Assembly: GCA_950097015.1 (NCBI GenBank)
Contig: CATNEN010000038.1
Location: forward strand, 5,022,001-5,086,000
Reading direction: 5' to 3'
Source: Macrostomum hystrix
Taxonomy: Eukaryota > Animalia > Platyhelminthes
Length of the DNA: 64,000 bases
Shown piece by piece: positions 12,301-23,200 of the stretch. The position numbers and the translations under genes are program-made. The notes beneath the pieces are model-generated. The model was given only the letters and a program-made list of their open reading frames with translations, was not told the origin of the DNA and did no database searches. Positions within the stretch are counted from its first letter, which is position 1. The number at the start of each line of letters is the position of its first letter.

Positions 12301-15300
12301 CGGCCTAAGCGTCACCATGGCTACTGAGAGGCTGCAACTCAGTCGGGGAAAGCGCGCTTTCGCAGACCTGATGCAGCTGCAGGTGTTGCTGCTTACTGAT
12401 TCGCGCACTGAAGCGGCCGCTTTGGGCTCCAGAATGCTGGCCTGTGAGACAAAATCTGCTTTTAAATTCCAGAATTTCTATAACTTTTTATGATAGTTTT
12501 GAAACGACAGAAGGACAAGCCACTGACACTAATCTTTGTTTACAGCCGGCCAGCTCAAAGACACCGAGGGTGCTTACATTCGAAGTCGCCTCCCGGATCT
12601 GCCTAAAACGCCCCTCGTAGCCAGCAGCAGTGCGACAATAGCAGCGACGCCTGCAGCTGTGCCGACAGCCACTGTCGCCACAACTTTGGCCACTGCAGTG
12701 CCCCTAGCAAAATCTGTCGACAACGACTCGGCAGTTTTCAAGTCTCCGCGACTGCCGCCGCCTAGAAAACTGAGGCCGCTGCCGACGCCGCCTCCATCAA
12801 CGCCACCACCGCCGCCGCCACTGCCACCGCCGTCAACGCCACCGCCGCCACAGTCGTCAGCGTCACCGTCAGCATCTCAGTCGGCTACAGCCTACGCTGC
12901 AAGGCTGAGCTCTCTTAAGAGCAACTTTGAAGCGATTGTGTCAGCTATCAATCAATTTCGCAGCGAGGCACCGTTTCAATATCAGTCAGTGGCTCCATCA
13001 GGAGCAGCGCCGGTGCCAACAAGTGCCGCTGACGCTTTGAATCAATCGTTGGAGCTAGCAATCAAAGCAATCGATCAGTCTCTAATGCCACCTGAGTCTT
13101 TGAGAACACCGGTAGCCGGTCGTTTGACAGATTTCTCATATGAATCGCTCGGCATGCCGTCTAGTCGCACATCCTCCGTGCTATCATTCTCCTCCGATGT
13201 AGGCACGCCGAACTCGTCGCCAATAGTTCAATCGATTGGGGCTGCTGACTCATACACTGAGTACGAGTCGCTGGACAAGCTCATTGTGACCGGGCCACGC
13301 AGTGTCCAGTCGAGAGTTGAAAATTCAATCGACAAGCGACTTGCCTATGAGTCTTTGAACAGTATAATGTCATCGTCAACTGTGGCTTCGATTGATGACA
13401 ATACGCAGTCATCCAAGCAACTGACTGTCACGCCACTGCAGGCTGAATGGCAAGACGTCAGAAGCACTGAGGTCAACTCGGAGACAACAAACAAGCAAAA
13501 TTTCACTGCGAGATCCCAAGCCTCTGAGTCGGCTGTCTCTGTGACAAGCATTGCTGAGCAGGTCTTGCCAAAATCGTCCATGGCTCAAAGCAGCACTGCT
13601 ATCATTGACGGTATTGTTGCTGGCGTGAAAAACTACGATTCCCTTTGCAGCACAGCACTAGCCTTGAAAAGTCAAGCCATTCCAGCTGCTAGATTGTCAA
13701 CTGGTAGTTTGACTAGCACAACAGCGACGCTTCCATCAGCCAACGATATAAGTCCTTCCGATAGACTGTCGTCTTCATCATCTCAGACTCAATCGTTTGT
13801 TGTCAACAGGCCTGCCTCTCTAACTAGATCGAGTAGCCCTGCTGCCGAAGCGGCTTCTAGTCCGACGGCACCAGCAATCACTGAACCACCGTCGCCAGTT
13901 TTCCAAAGGAGCCGCATCCGTTGTCTACCGAGTTCAGTGGACTTTTCGTCCACCGTTCAGACCGATGATCGAATGCAGTTGTCTACAACTAAGGAAGAAC
14001 TTCCGCAACTCACTGCAAAAGCACCGGAAACATCATCATCGACTGTTAGCTCAGATCAAATGAAGTCCAGTGGATCTCTTCCAGCTGATGCATCTCTAAC
14101 TCATGAGTCTACTGCCGATACTGACTTAGCAACGAATACAGTTTTTGCCAGCGTTTCAAATGACACTCCAGCTAAAGCGTCTCATGCTAACGAGATGTCA
14201 GTTCAAGTAAAGACTTCTACCGATATGTCTTATCAATCTGTAGCTGCTGCTCAAACTTCAAAACCAGCCACATTCAATGATCTACCGGTTCCTGATGGTC
14301 TTAAATCTATTGAACTCGAGGTTGTTGGCCCTAGTAATCTAACAGTTGAGATTTCGACAAAAGCTCCTGCTAATACTCAGTCAAGCATCTCAGAAGAACC
14401 AGCTTTGACTACAATGGAAACACCACCTGATAGGATCTCTACACAATGCCTAGAAGGAGCGGCAAAGACTGAGGCTATCATCTCAGATTCGCAGCCATCC
14501 ATTGCTGAAATTCCTACCGGAGACATTGAGCTGCACTTCTTCAATGATTGCCTGAGCGTTGGACTACAATCTGAGGCTGCGTCTCCGACTGATACAAGTG
14601 TACAAGACAAAGACTCTGAGATCGAGCAAGTTCTTGAAAGTCCCGAACAGCAAATTGTTGCAGCCGAACACCCAGGCACTTCTGCTATCGAGTCCGCAGA
14701 CGGCCCAGCTGATTCAAGCCCTGTCAAACAGACGCCCGGCATTAAGGAAAGTTCCGAAAACCATCTGCCACCCAATCAGGCGCCTCGATTCAGTCAGCTG
14801 CTTACCTTCAGCTCCATGTCATTCTCAAGCCCGTCTGCAGCAGCAGTAGGTGAAGATGCAACCGTGACACCGCCTCCACTGCAGCCACAGCCACAGCCAA
14901 CACATTCGTCAATTCCACCACTTACGCCACCGCAGTCAACAACAGCGCAGCCAAAACCACCGCCACAGCAGCACACAATAGCACCAACAGCACTTCCTAA
15001 CTTCCATCTCTCTGACATTGGCAGCATCAGCAGCGGTTCTTTCGTGATCGACGCTCCCACCGTCTTCGGCAAATCCAGCAGCGTAGATGATCAACCTGTA
15101 GCCCGGCAAACATCTCCGTTGCCCCTACCGTTCAGGGAGCGCCCAGTTCAGAGCCCATTCCTTTCCATGCCGAAGTCGGCTTGCTCGGCTGGCCCGCGGC
15201 CACCGCCGCTACCGCCGTCAGCACTGCGGATTACCGTTGCTTCTTCGATGTCGACATCGTCCCGGTCTTCAATCGGTCATTCAACGCCGCTGCCCGGCAT

Positions 15301-15571
15301 GTCGACCGCCGCTGTGACTGGTCGAATGGCGCTCTTTGATAGCGCTGCTAGCGTTGACAATTCTTCCTGCTGCAGCAGCGGCGGCAACTCAACTGCCAAA
15401 GCCAAGTGGAATCTGGGACAGCCGCCGAGGCGTGGCTTCATCTTCAAGAGTCTGGGCAAGCGACGCCCGGCTCCAGTGGATTTGGACGCCAGCCCTCCTT
15501 TGGCAACGTCGGATTCTTCGCAAGGGCAGATAGGATCTGCCATCTCCTGCTCGCCTGTTGTGATCGACTGA
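6327..15571 (+). CDS. TEX11/ZIP4 (SPO22-domain)-like TPR protein with ~1000-aa disordered S/T/P-rich C-terminal exon (~1500 aa, ~13 exons)
   Basis: Phase-consistent GT-AG exons: 6327-6381, 6529-6744, 6858-6985, 8447-(donor unresolved), 8676-8760, 8826-8908, 9004-9192, 10327-10413, 10499-10639, 11365-11460, 11561-11736, 12253-12443, 12546-15571. Segments CCDLWNAT, LLLSLEPSF, LLYRFGLQRFQDGRFSDAGAWLSVAFSLG and ALLFRLYAENLL...GLAVVELANQ...GRYL resemble, in order and from memory, TEX11 N-terminal motifs (LWNWA; CEASF; LCYNFG...YEESSFWLSQSYDIG; KVLRLLA...ALNAVNLAN...GLFL). Confidence 0.65.
7043..7136 (+). mobile_element. tRNA-derived SINE family A, 5' head only (interrupted)
   Basis: A-box-like TGGCAGAGCAGTT, B-box GCTCGATTCC, then GAGGC...ATTTGGGGCGCAGC matching the copies at 9230-9605 and 24590-24928. 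Confidence 0.7.
7146..8096 (+). repeat. 17-bp minisatellite GGGGTTGTAGCCTAGTT (~56 units), equal to the SINE-B 5' end/A-box
   Basis: Direct reading; runs straight into the SINE-B head at 8097; variant units recur in the same order (higher-order duplication). Confidence 0.95.
8097..8400 (+). mobile_element. tRNA-derived SINE family B with CORE-like central domain
   Basis: tRNA-like head with B-box GGTTCGATTCC (8148-8158). GCAAGACACTTTACTCTG...CAGCTGTGAAATGG resembles the CORE domain. 3' body shared with the 9636-9945 copy; ATT tail. Confidence 0.8.
9230..9605 (-). mobile_element. SINE family A copy (head partly deleted)
   Basis: High similarity to 24590-24928 (TTTCGCTGACTCCTGAGCACACA..., TTTCTCATCGTCAGGCAGTGTAC); (ATT)n tail at ~9230-9245. 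Confidence 0.8.
9636..9945 (-). mobile_element. SINE family B full-length copy (inverted relative to 8097-8400)
   Basis: Reverse strand reads GGGGTTGTAGCCTAGTGGTTAGAGCGTCGGACTCACG...GGTTCGATTCCCG, then CORE-like GCAAGACACTTAAC...CAGCTGTTAAATGGGTACC and an (ATT)n tail. A more decayed copy follows at ~9950-10180. Confidence 0.85.
10666..11125 (+). repeat. 11-bp minisatellite CTGACACTCCC (intronic)
   Basis: Direct reading; explains the ORFs at 10508-11128. Confidence 0.95.
11813..12188 (+). repeat. 36-bp minisatellite CCAATCATGAACTATCAACGCCTAACTATCCTCCAG (~10 units, intronic)
   Basis: Direct reading. Confidence 0.95.
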
Positions 15572-15711
15572 CATGAATAATTGAACACGTTCTGCAGCTG
15601 TTTTTACAACTCACTGTCTGCAAAAGTTGTTTCTTTATTTGTTTTTACATATATTGAACAAATAAGCTTCTCCACGATCATCAAATTATAGGAGAACATT
15701 CTCGACCTGAG

Positions 15712-15905
15712 AGAAGCACTCCATAAGAATCACCCCAGAGAAGCACTCCATAAGAATCAGCCCAAATAAGCACTCCATAAGAATCATCCCAGAGAAGCAC
15801 TCCATAAGAATCACCCCAGAGAAGCACTCCATAAGAATCAGCCCAAATAAGCACTCCATAAGAATCATCCCAGAGAAGCACTCCATAAGAATCACCCCAG
15901 AGAAT
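15712..15905. repeat. 27-bp minisatellite AAGCACTCCATAAGAATCA... (~7 units)
   Basis: Direct reading. Confidence 0.9.
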
Positions 15906-16271
15906 TACTCTATAATATTGAAACCAGTGAAACACTCAATGCTTTAGTAAACCAGCAGTTTTTTCTATTTTGTTGCACTTAGTTTATTTCACAGTTTAGT
16001 TAGTATCTGCCAACTATTTGATTCTTTTGATAGCAATCTTAGCACAAATAGAAATGGATGGTCGTGCTAGATTTTGAGCTTGTCTGTGAGACAACTTTGA
16101 AAGCGGGATGGTGTTTTTAATGTTTTACATTTTTCTTAGTAACTCTAAATAATTTTTTCTTTTTGCCTTTAATACTACTGAAAGAACAAAGAGTAGTAAG
16201 AAGTGAAACGTAATTATAGCTTCAGGGTTAAGTTTTATTTCGAAGCGAATATAACATCCGATACTGTCCGT

Positions 16272-17113
16272 TAAGCGAAGATGACAACCCATCAAGCGAA
16301 GGTGACACCTGTTAGAACAGGAACCAACCCAGCAGCAAAGATGACGCCTGTTAGAACAGGAACCAACCAATCAAGAGAAGATGACACCTGTTAGAACAGG
16401 AACCAACCCATCAAGCGAAGATGAGAGCTGTTAGAACAGGAACCAACCCATCAAGCGAAGATGAGAGCTGTTAGAACAGGAACCAACCCATCAAGCGAAG
16501 GTGACACCTGTTGGAACAGGAACCAACCCATCAAGCGAAGGTGACACCTGTTAGAACAGGAACCAACCCATCAAGCGAAGGTGACACCTGTTAGAACAGG
16601 AACCAACCCATCAAGCGAAGGTGACACCTGTTAGAACAGGAACCAACCCATCAAGCGAAGGTGACACCTGTTAGAACAGGAACCAACCCATCAAGCAAAG
16701 ATGACACCTGTTAGAACAGGAACCAACCCATCAAGCGAAGGTGACACCTGTTGGAACAGGAACCAACCAATCAAGCGAAGGTGACACCTGTTAGAACAGG
16801 AACCAACCCATCAAGCGAAGGTGACACCTGTTAGAACAGGAACCAACCCATCAAGCGAAGGTGACACCTGTTAGAACAGGAACCAACCCATCAAGCAAAG
16901 ATGACACCTGTTAGAACAGGAACCAACCCATCAAGCGAAGGTGACACCTGTTGGAACAGGAACCAACCAATCAAGCGAAGGTGACACCTGTTGGAACAGG
17001 AACCAACCCATCAAGCGAAGATGACACCTGTTAGAACAGGAACCAACCCATCAAGCGAAGGTGACACCTGTTGGAACAGGAACCAACCCATCAAGCGAAG
17101 GTGACACCTGTTA
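16272..17113. repeat. 40-bp minisatellite TTAGAACAGGAACCAACCCATCAAGCGAAGGTGACACCTG (~20 units)
   Basis: Direct reading. Confidence 0.95.
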
Positions 17114-18186
17114 ATACCTGCTTGAAATTACTGATACATGTATAAAAAAGCCTTTAAACAAAACTGTTCGATTACCAGTTGAAAGTCATTCAACTAGCCT
17201 GTTTGGCATTCATCTGCTATACGTACTGATAATGTCGCTTTTGCCTCTATCTAGGCCTGAACTCGTGATATATTAACCTGTTAATGTTTGTCGCCAAAAA
17301 TAATGTTTAATGTCAGGATTTAGATTTTCGCTGCACAATTTAATGGGTGTGCGTGTTTTATGTTACAAATTTTTGTTCGAAATTATTGAATCTGCATAGC
17401 ACCGGCACTTCTATATCTAATAATCAGAGAGACAGAGAGATTTTAATGCCCTGGCAGATTCTGCCTCGTCTTGTCGTCATCCCATCTTGTCCTTCAAGGG
17501 GATCAAGGAATCGGGCGGAGGCTTGTTTGGGATGCGAATTCCTTCGTTGGGTTGGGATAAAATGGCCATGAGTTGGCTTGAGTTTGTGTCAGCGAATTCC
17601 GCAGCTATATGGGGGGCTGTTCTTGATTTTTATAAATTTTCGCGGGCGCTGACGAGGCTGAGCCAGACACATGCGACGAGCAACAGTTCGGCAAATTTCA
17701 TTCTCTGCGTTTTATTTAACAGACTGCATTGAGCGCTCTGTCTGCTGGAGAAGCGAACATTTTATCTGCTAACTGGGTCTCATTGGACGCACCTTGGCTA
17801 ATAGCGAACAACTCCTTGGCTGTCCCACCTACGGGCCTTCAAAGCCCCAGCTGTCACTCCTAGAAAGCCGGCACCAACTACCCACTTCCACCCAGCACCA
17901 GCTGTCAGCCTCATCAATTCTTATAGCCCTGATTTCTAATTTAGTTCTTCCAATTCTGTGCAGGCGCCTGTTGCAAATTTAACCTGATGATCTGATGCTC
18001 GTATTTTAAATTTATATTTTTTACTGCAAACGATTGAATCTGTGAATGCCAGTTTTTAACAAGTGGGAATTTTTTAGGTTTATATTGCCCCGAGGGCGAA
18101 CACTCGAATATGATGTCCCTTGTACTTGTTTTATAGTTGAGGCGCCCAATTTAGATTTCAGCTTTTAAAGGGACTTTTTATAGCCA

Positions 18187-19563
18187 ACCTCTCATCACCC
18201 TTCATCTCATTTGATTCCCACCTCTCATCACCCTTCATCTCATTTGATTCCCACCTCTCATCTCCCTTCATCTCCTTTGATTCCCACCTCTCATCTCCCT
18301 TCATCTCCTTTGATTCCCACCTCTCATCTCCCTTCATCTCCTTTGATTCCCACCTCTCATCACCCTTCATCTCCTTTGATTCCCACCTCTCATCACCCTT
18401 TATCTCCTTTGATTCCCACCTCTCATCACCCTTCATCTCCTTTGATTCCCACCTCTCATCTCCCTTCATCTCCTTTGATTCCCACCTCTCATCCCCCTTC
18501 ATCTCCTTTGATTCCCACCTCTCATCACCCTTCATCTCCTTTGATTCCCACCTCTCATCACCCTTCATCTCCTTTGATTCCCACCTCTCATCTCCCTTCA
18601 TCTCCTTTGATTCCCACCTCTCATCACCCTTCATCTCCTTTGATTCCCACCTCTCATCACCCTTCATCTCCTTTGATTCCCACCTCTCATCTCCCTTCAT
18701 CTCCTTTGATTCCCACCTCTCATCTCCCTTCATCTCCTTTGATTCCCACCTCTCATCTCCCTTCATCTCCTTTGATTCCCACCTCTCATCTCCCTTCATC
18801 TCCTTTGATTCCCACCTCTCATCTCCCTTCATCTCCTTTGATTCCCACCTCTCATCTCCCTTCATCTCCTTTGATTCCCACCTCTCATCTCCCTTCATCT
18901 CCTTTGATTCCCACCTCTCATCTCCCTTCATCTCTTATGATTCTCACCTCTCATCTCCCTTCATCTCCTTTGATTCCCACCTCTCATCACCCTTCATCTC
19001 CTTTGATTCCCACCTCTCATCTCCCTTCATCTCCTTTGATTCCCACCTCTCATCTCCCTTCATCTCCTTTGATTCCCACCTCTCATCACCCTTCATCTCC
19101 TTTGATTCCCACCTCTCATCACCCTTCATCTCCTTTGATTCCCACCTCTCATCACCCTTCATCTCCTTTGATTCCCACCTCTCATCTCCCTTCATCTCCT
19201 TTGATTCCCACCTCTCATCTCCCTTCATCTCCTTTGATTCCCACCTCTCATCTCCCTTCATCTCCTTTGATTCCCACCTCTCATCTCCCTTCATCTCTTA
19301 TGATTCTCACCTCTCATCTCCCTTCATCTCCTTTGATTCCCACCTCTCATCACCCTTCATCTCCTTTGATTCCCACCTCTCATCACCCTTCATCTCCTTT
19401 GATTCCCACCTCTCATCTCCCTTCATCTCCTTTGATTCCCACCTTTCATCTCCCTTCATCTCCTTTGATTCCCCCCTTTCATCTCCCTTCATCTCCTTTG
19501 ATTCCCATCTCTCATCACCCTTCATCTCCTTTGATTCCCATCTTTTATCTCCCTTCATCTTCA
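18187..19563. repeat. 33-bp pyrimidine-rich minisatellite TTGATTCCCACCTCTCATCWCCCTTCATCTCCT (~41 units)
   Basis: Direct reading; explains the ORFs at 18158-19566. Confidence 0.95.
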
Positions 19564-20029
19564 TAAAGTTTCTTCTTTAACGAACTTAAAAACGATGTAA
19601 CACGACTCCCAAGGAAACTTCTTTACAAAATCGATGTAAAGACCAAAACAAACTATAAAAGGTGATGAAAGAGAAATACGTTTAATTAATTACAGATGCA
19701 GATCTCAAGCAATCCCTCGGTGTCCGGGAGTCACAGATAGGAGTTTGTGCAACATGATGCCCCATAGTTGCCATGCAGGCTAGCCTTCAGATTTATAATC
19801 AATAATTCCTGCGTTGACAGGACAGATACACTATCTGCCTAGCTGTTCCATGTGTTTTCACTGTGATAAGCAGAAATGAGAAAATAGAAAAATGACCCCC
19901 CGACATGCGCTCCGAGACCATTGGAGGTTAAGGAATGGAGGAGGCCCTCTTAACACTCGATGAGAGAGCTGCATGGATGCGATTCTGAGTAATGCGCCGG
20001 GGGGGCCACGACTGGGGACCGCGCCGAGC

Positions 20030-20170
20030 CTGATTGGTTCCGCCACATCTGTCATTTGCTTCAGCCACCCAACACGCGGGTCTCGGCCATTGGCTAGCCA
20101 AATATTTCAACAGCTTTTCAGAGCCATAAATTAAATGTTAACCGATAGTTGAACTAATTATTTAAAAAGG
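20030..20170 (+). promoter_or_regulatory. Candidate Pax3/7-like core promoter
   Basis: Inverted CCAAT boxes (CTGATTGG ~20030, CATTGG ~20088) and TATA-like TATTTAAAA ~20159, ~90 bp before ATG 20250. Confidence 0.3.
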
Positions 20171-20249
20171 CCACGATTGAAAACTGACTTCGTGAAGTCC
20201 AGTTGAGCATAATAAGTTTTGTTCTCAGCTAAGGAAATAATCACTTTCA

Positions 20250-23200
20250 ATGGACGGCTTCCGGCCTCAACAGTCGCCGAACCAGCATCAGCTGGCCACA
20301 TCGTCGAGTCAAACGCTTGCGGGTGTGATCTTCGACGGTGAGTTAACCACGTAGGAGCCGCTAGGCTGCTGACAGCAGTGGCTCAGCCGAGGAAGTCGGG
20401 GTGGGGAAAGAGTGAGAAAATGTGAGTAAGTGAACGTGAGTGATTGACAGTGTGTAAAAGTGTTGGAGCGTGTGTTACAGTGTGCAAGAGTGTGAGAATT
20501 TTAAATCACGAGAGTATGAGAGTGTTAAATTGTGTGAGAGAATTATTGAGTGTGAGATTGTGAGAGTGTGAGAAAGTTAGAGTGTGAGAAAGTTAGAGTG
20601 TGAGAGCGTGAGTGAATGAGAGTGTAAATGCGCGTGTGAATGTGAGTGTGAGAGTGTGAGAGCGTGAGTGATGAGTGATTGAGAGTGTGAGAGCGTGAGT
20701 GATGAGTGTGAGAGCGTGAGTGATGAGTGATTGAGAGTGTGAGAGCGTGAGTGATGAGTGTGAGAGCGTGAGTGATGAGAGTGTGAGAGCGTGAGTGATG
20801 AGTGTGAGAGCGTGAGTGATGAGTGTGAGAGCGTGAGTGATGAGTGATTGAGAGTGTGAGAGCGTGAGTGATGAGAGTGTGAGAGCGTGAGTGATGAGTG
20901 TGAGAGCGTGAGTGATGAGTGTGAGAGCGTGAGTGATGAGTGTGAGAGCGTGAGTGCGTGAGTGATTGAGAGTGTGAGAGGGTGAGTGATGAGAGTGTGA
21001 GAAGGCTTTAAAGAGTGAGGTGAAGTGTAGGTGGAGTGAATAAGTGTGAGAGTGTGAAAGAGCAGACGAGGGGGAGTATAGAAAACAGAAAGAAAGACAG
21101 CAGGATTGTGGGTGGGAGAATATATTCAGACAAGACAAAGACAAAAGATTAGCAGAATTAGGTAAGTATGCGAATTGATCTATACAGGGATAAGGTACCT
21201 TTAAGCGAAGCTACCTTCAAATGATTGGAGCTGCGTGATGATGAGGAGATTGGCCAAACGGTGCCAAACTGTACGTTAGTGAGAGCTTAAACACAGAAGT
21301 CAGGAATATTGTGGTCGCGTTTACAAAGCAGTCATCGGAGTGTAAAGAAAACAACAATCCGTATCTATAGCCAACCCAGTAGCCACGAGTTTAATTCAAT
21401 ATAAGCCATTTAGACTCTTGAGATTAAACACCTAAAACAGAGATTCGATCTTAGTGAGTTGGGTCTGGGAGGGATCACTTGAGTTGGCACAAAATATTCG
21501 ATTTATAGCCAGCGCGTCACGTGTTCTGGCAGGCACAGAGACGCGACATGTTGTCCATGCACTGTGCCTCAAGGGCAGGTATTAACTTTTCACAATGAAC
21601 CAACCGCCTGCGTCCTAAATGGAACAATGGTTTGAGGCAAAGTTTTTCAACAATTTTTTAAATCAAAGCCTTTGGGATTTTGTAGCCTTCCGCTCGGCTG
21701 ATCTCAGAGTGTGCGTGTGATCCCGCATCTCAGATTTCAACAGAAACCACTCGACTCACTGACTAAACCGAGTGTTAAGTGCAAGGACTGTGGAACATGC
21801 GGTCGCGCAGTTCGGCTGTGAAATTATCCCCCGGAATCGCACTCTAGTTCTATACAGTTAGATAATGACAATAAATTGACAGTGATTCGAAACTGGGATA
21901 ATTCGGAAGTTGGGATAACTCGGAAGTTGGGATAATTCGGAAGTTGGGATAATTCGGAAGTTCGGAAGTTCGGAAGTTGGGATAATTCGGAAGTTGGGAT
22001 CGTTCAAAAGTTGGGATAATTCGGAAGTTTGGATAATTCGGAAGTTGGAATAATTCGAAGTTGGGATAATTCGAAGTTGGGATAGTTCGAAGTTGGGATA
22101 ATTCGAAGTTGGGATCGTTCATAAGTTTGGATGATTCGGAAGTTGGGATAATTCGGAAGTTGGGATAATTCGGAAGTTGGGATAATTCGGAAGTTGGGAT
22201 AATTCGGAAGTTGGGATAATTTGGAAGTTGGGATAATTCGGAAGTTGGGATCGTTCAAAAGTTGGGATAATTTGGAAGTTGGGATAATTCTGAAGTTGGG
22301 ATCGTTTAGAAGTTGGGGCAATTCGAAAGTTTGGATCTCCAATACCTCTTTGAAATATCTGCGTGCGTATAGCAACAAAAATTTCCTGAACTGAAACTGC
22401 TTTCAGGCCAGGGTCGCGTCAACCAGCTTGGCGGGATCTTCATCAACGGCCGGCCCCTGCCGCATCACATCCGGGTCCAGATTGTTGAACTGGCCGGACG
22501 GGGTGTGCGGCCCTGTGACATCAGCCGGCGACTTCGAGTCAGCCATGGCTGCGTAAGCAAGATTCTGCAGCGCTTTCAGGAGACAGGTGAGCCGTCAGCC
22601 ATTTGGGAAAAAATCCTCTGCATGGGATTTTCAATAATTATACCAAAAAAATTACCGATCCTCGCCGACCGCAGGCACTGTGACTCCGGGTGTCACCGGT
22701 GGCAACCGCCGCGTCATCGCCGACCAAGTCGAGCGTCGGATTCGCGCCGTCAGAGCTCGAGAGCCCGACCTGCCGGCCTGGGAGATCCGCGTCCGGCTAC
22801 TCGCGGCCGGACATTGCGATGAGAAGTCGGCGCCAAGCACCGCCGCCATCAGCAAGCTGCTGCGACGAGAGGGTGAGATTACCGTGGGCAGGGTCTCAGT
22901 CAGGTAGAGTGAGAGAGGTAGCTCGTAGATTGAGTTCTTGGAAAGTAGAATGAGAGAGGTAGATCAAGTTCTTTGGAGGTAGACTGTGAGGTAGATCGAG
23001 TTCTTCGGAGGTAGACTGTGAGGTAGATCGAGTTCTTTGGAGGTAGACTGTGAGGTAGATCGAGTTCTTCGGAGGCAGACTGTGAGGTAGATCGAGTTCT
23101 TCGGAGGTAGACTGTGAGGTAGATCGAGTTCTTGGGAGGTAGACTGTGAGGTAGATCGAGTTCTTCGGAGGTAGACTGTGAGGTAGATCGAGTTCTTGGG

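Noticed and set aside
16272-17113. CRISPR-like arrays (40-bp here, also 34- and 36-bp arrays)
   Set aside because: No unique spacers, no cas genes, eukaryotic context.
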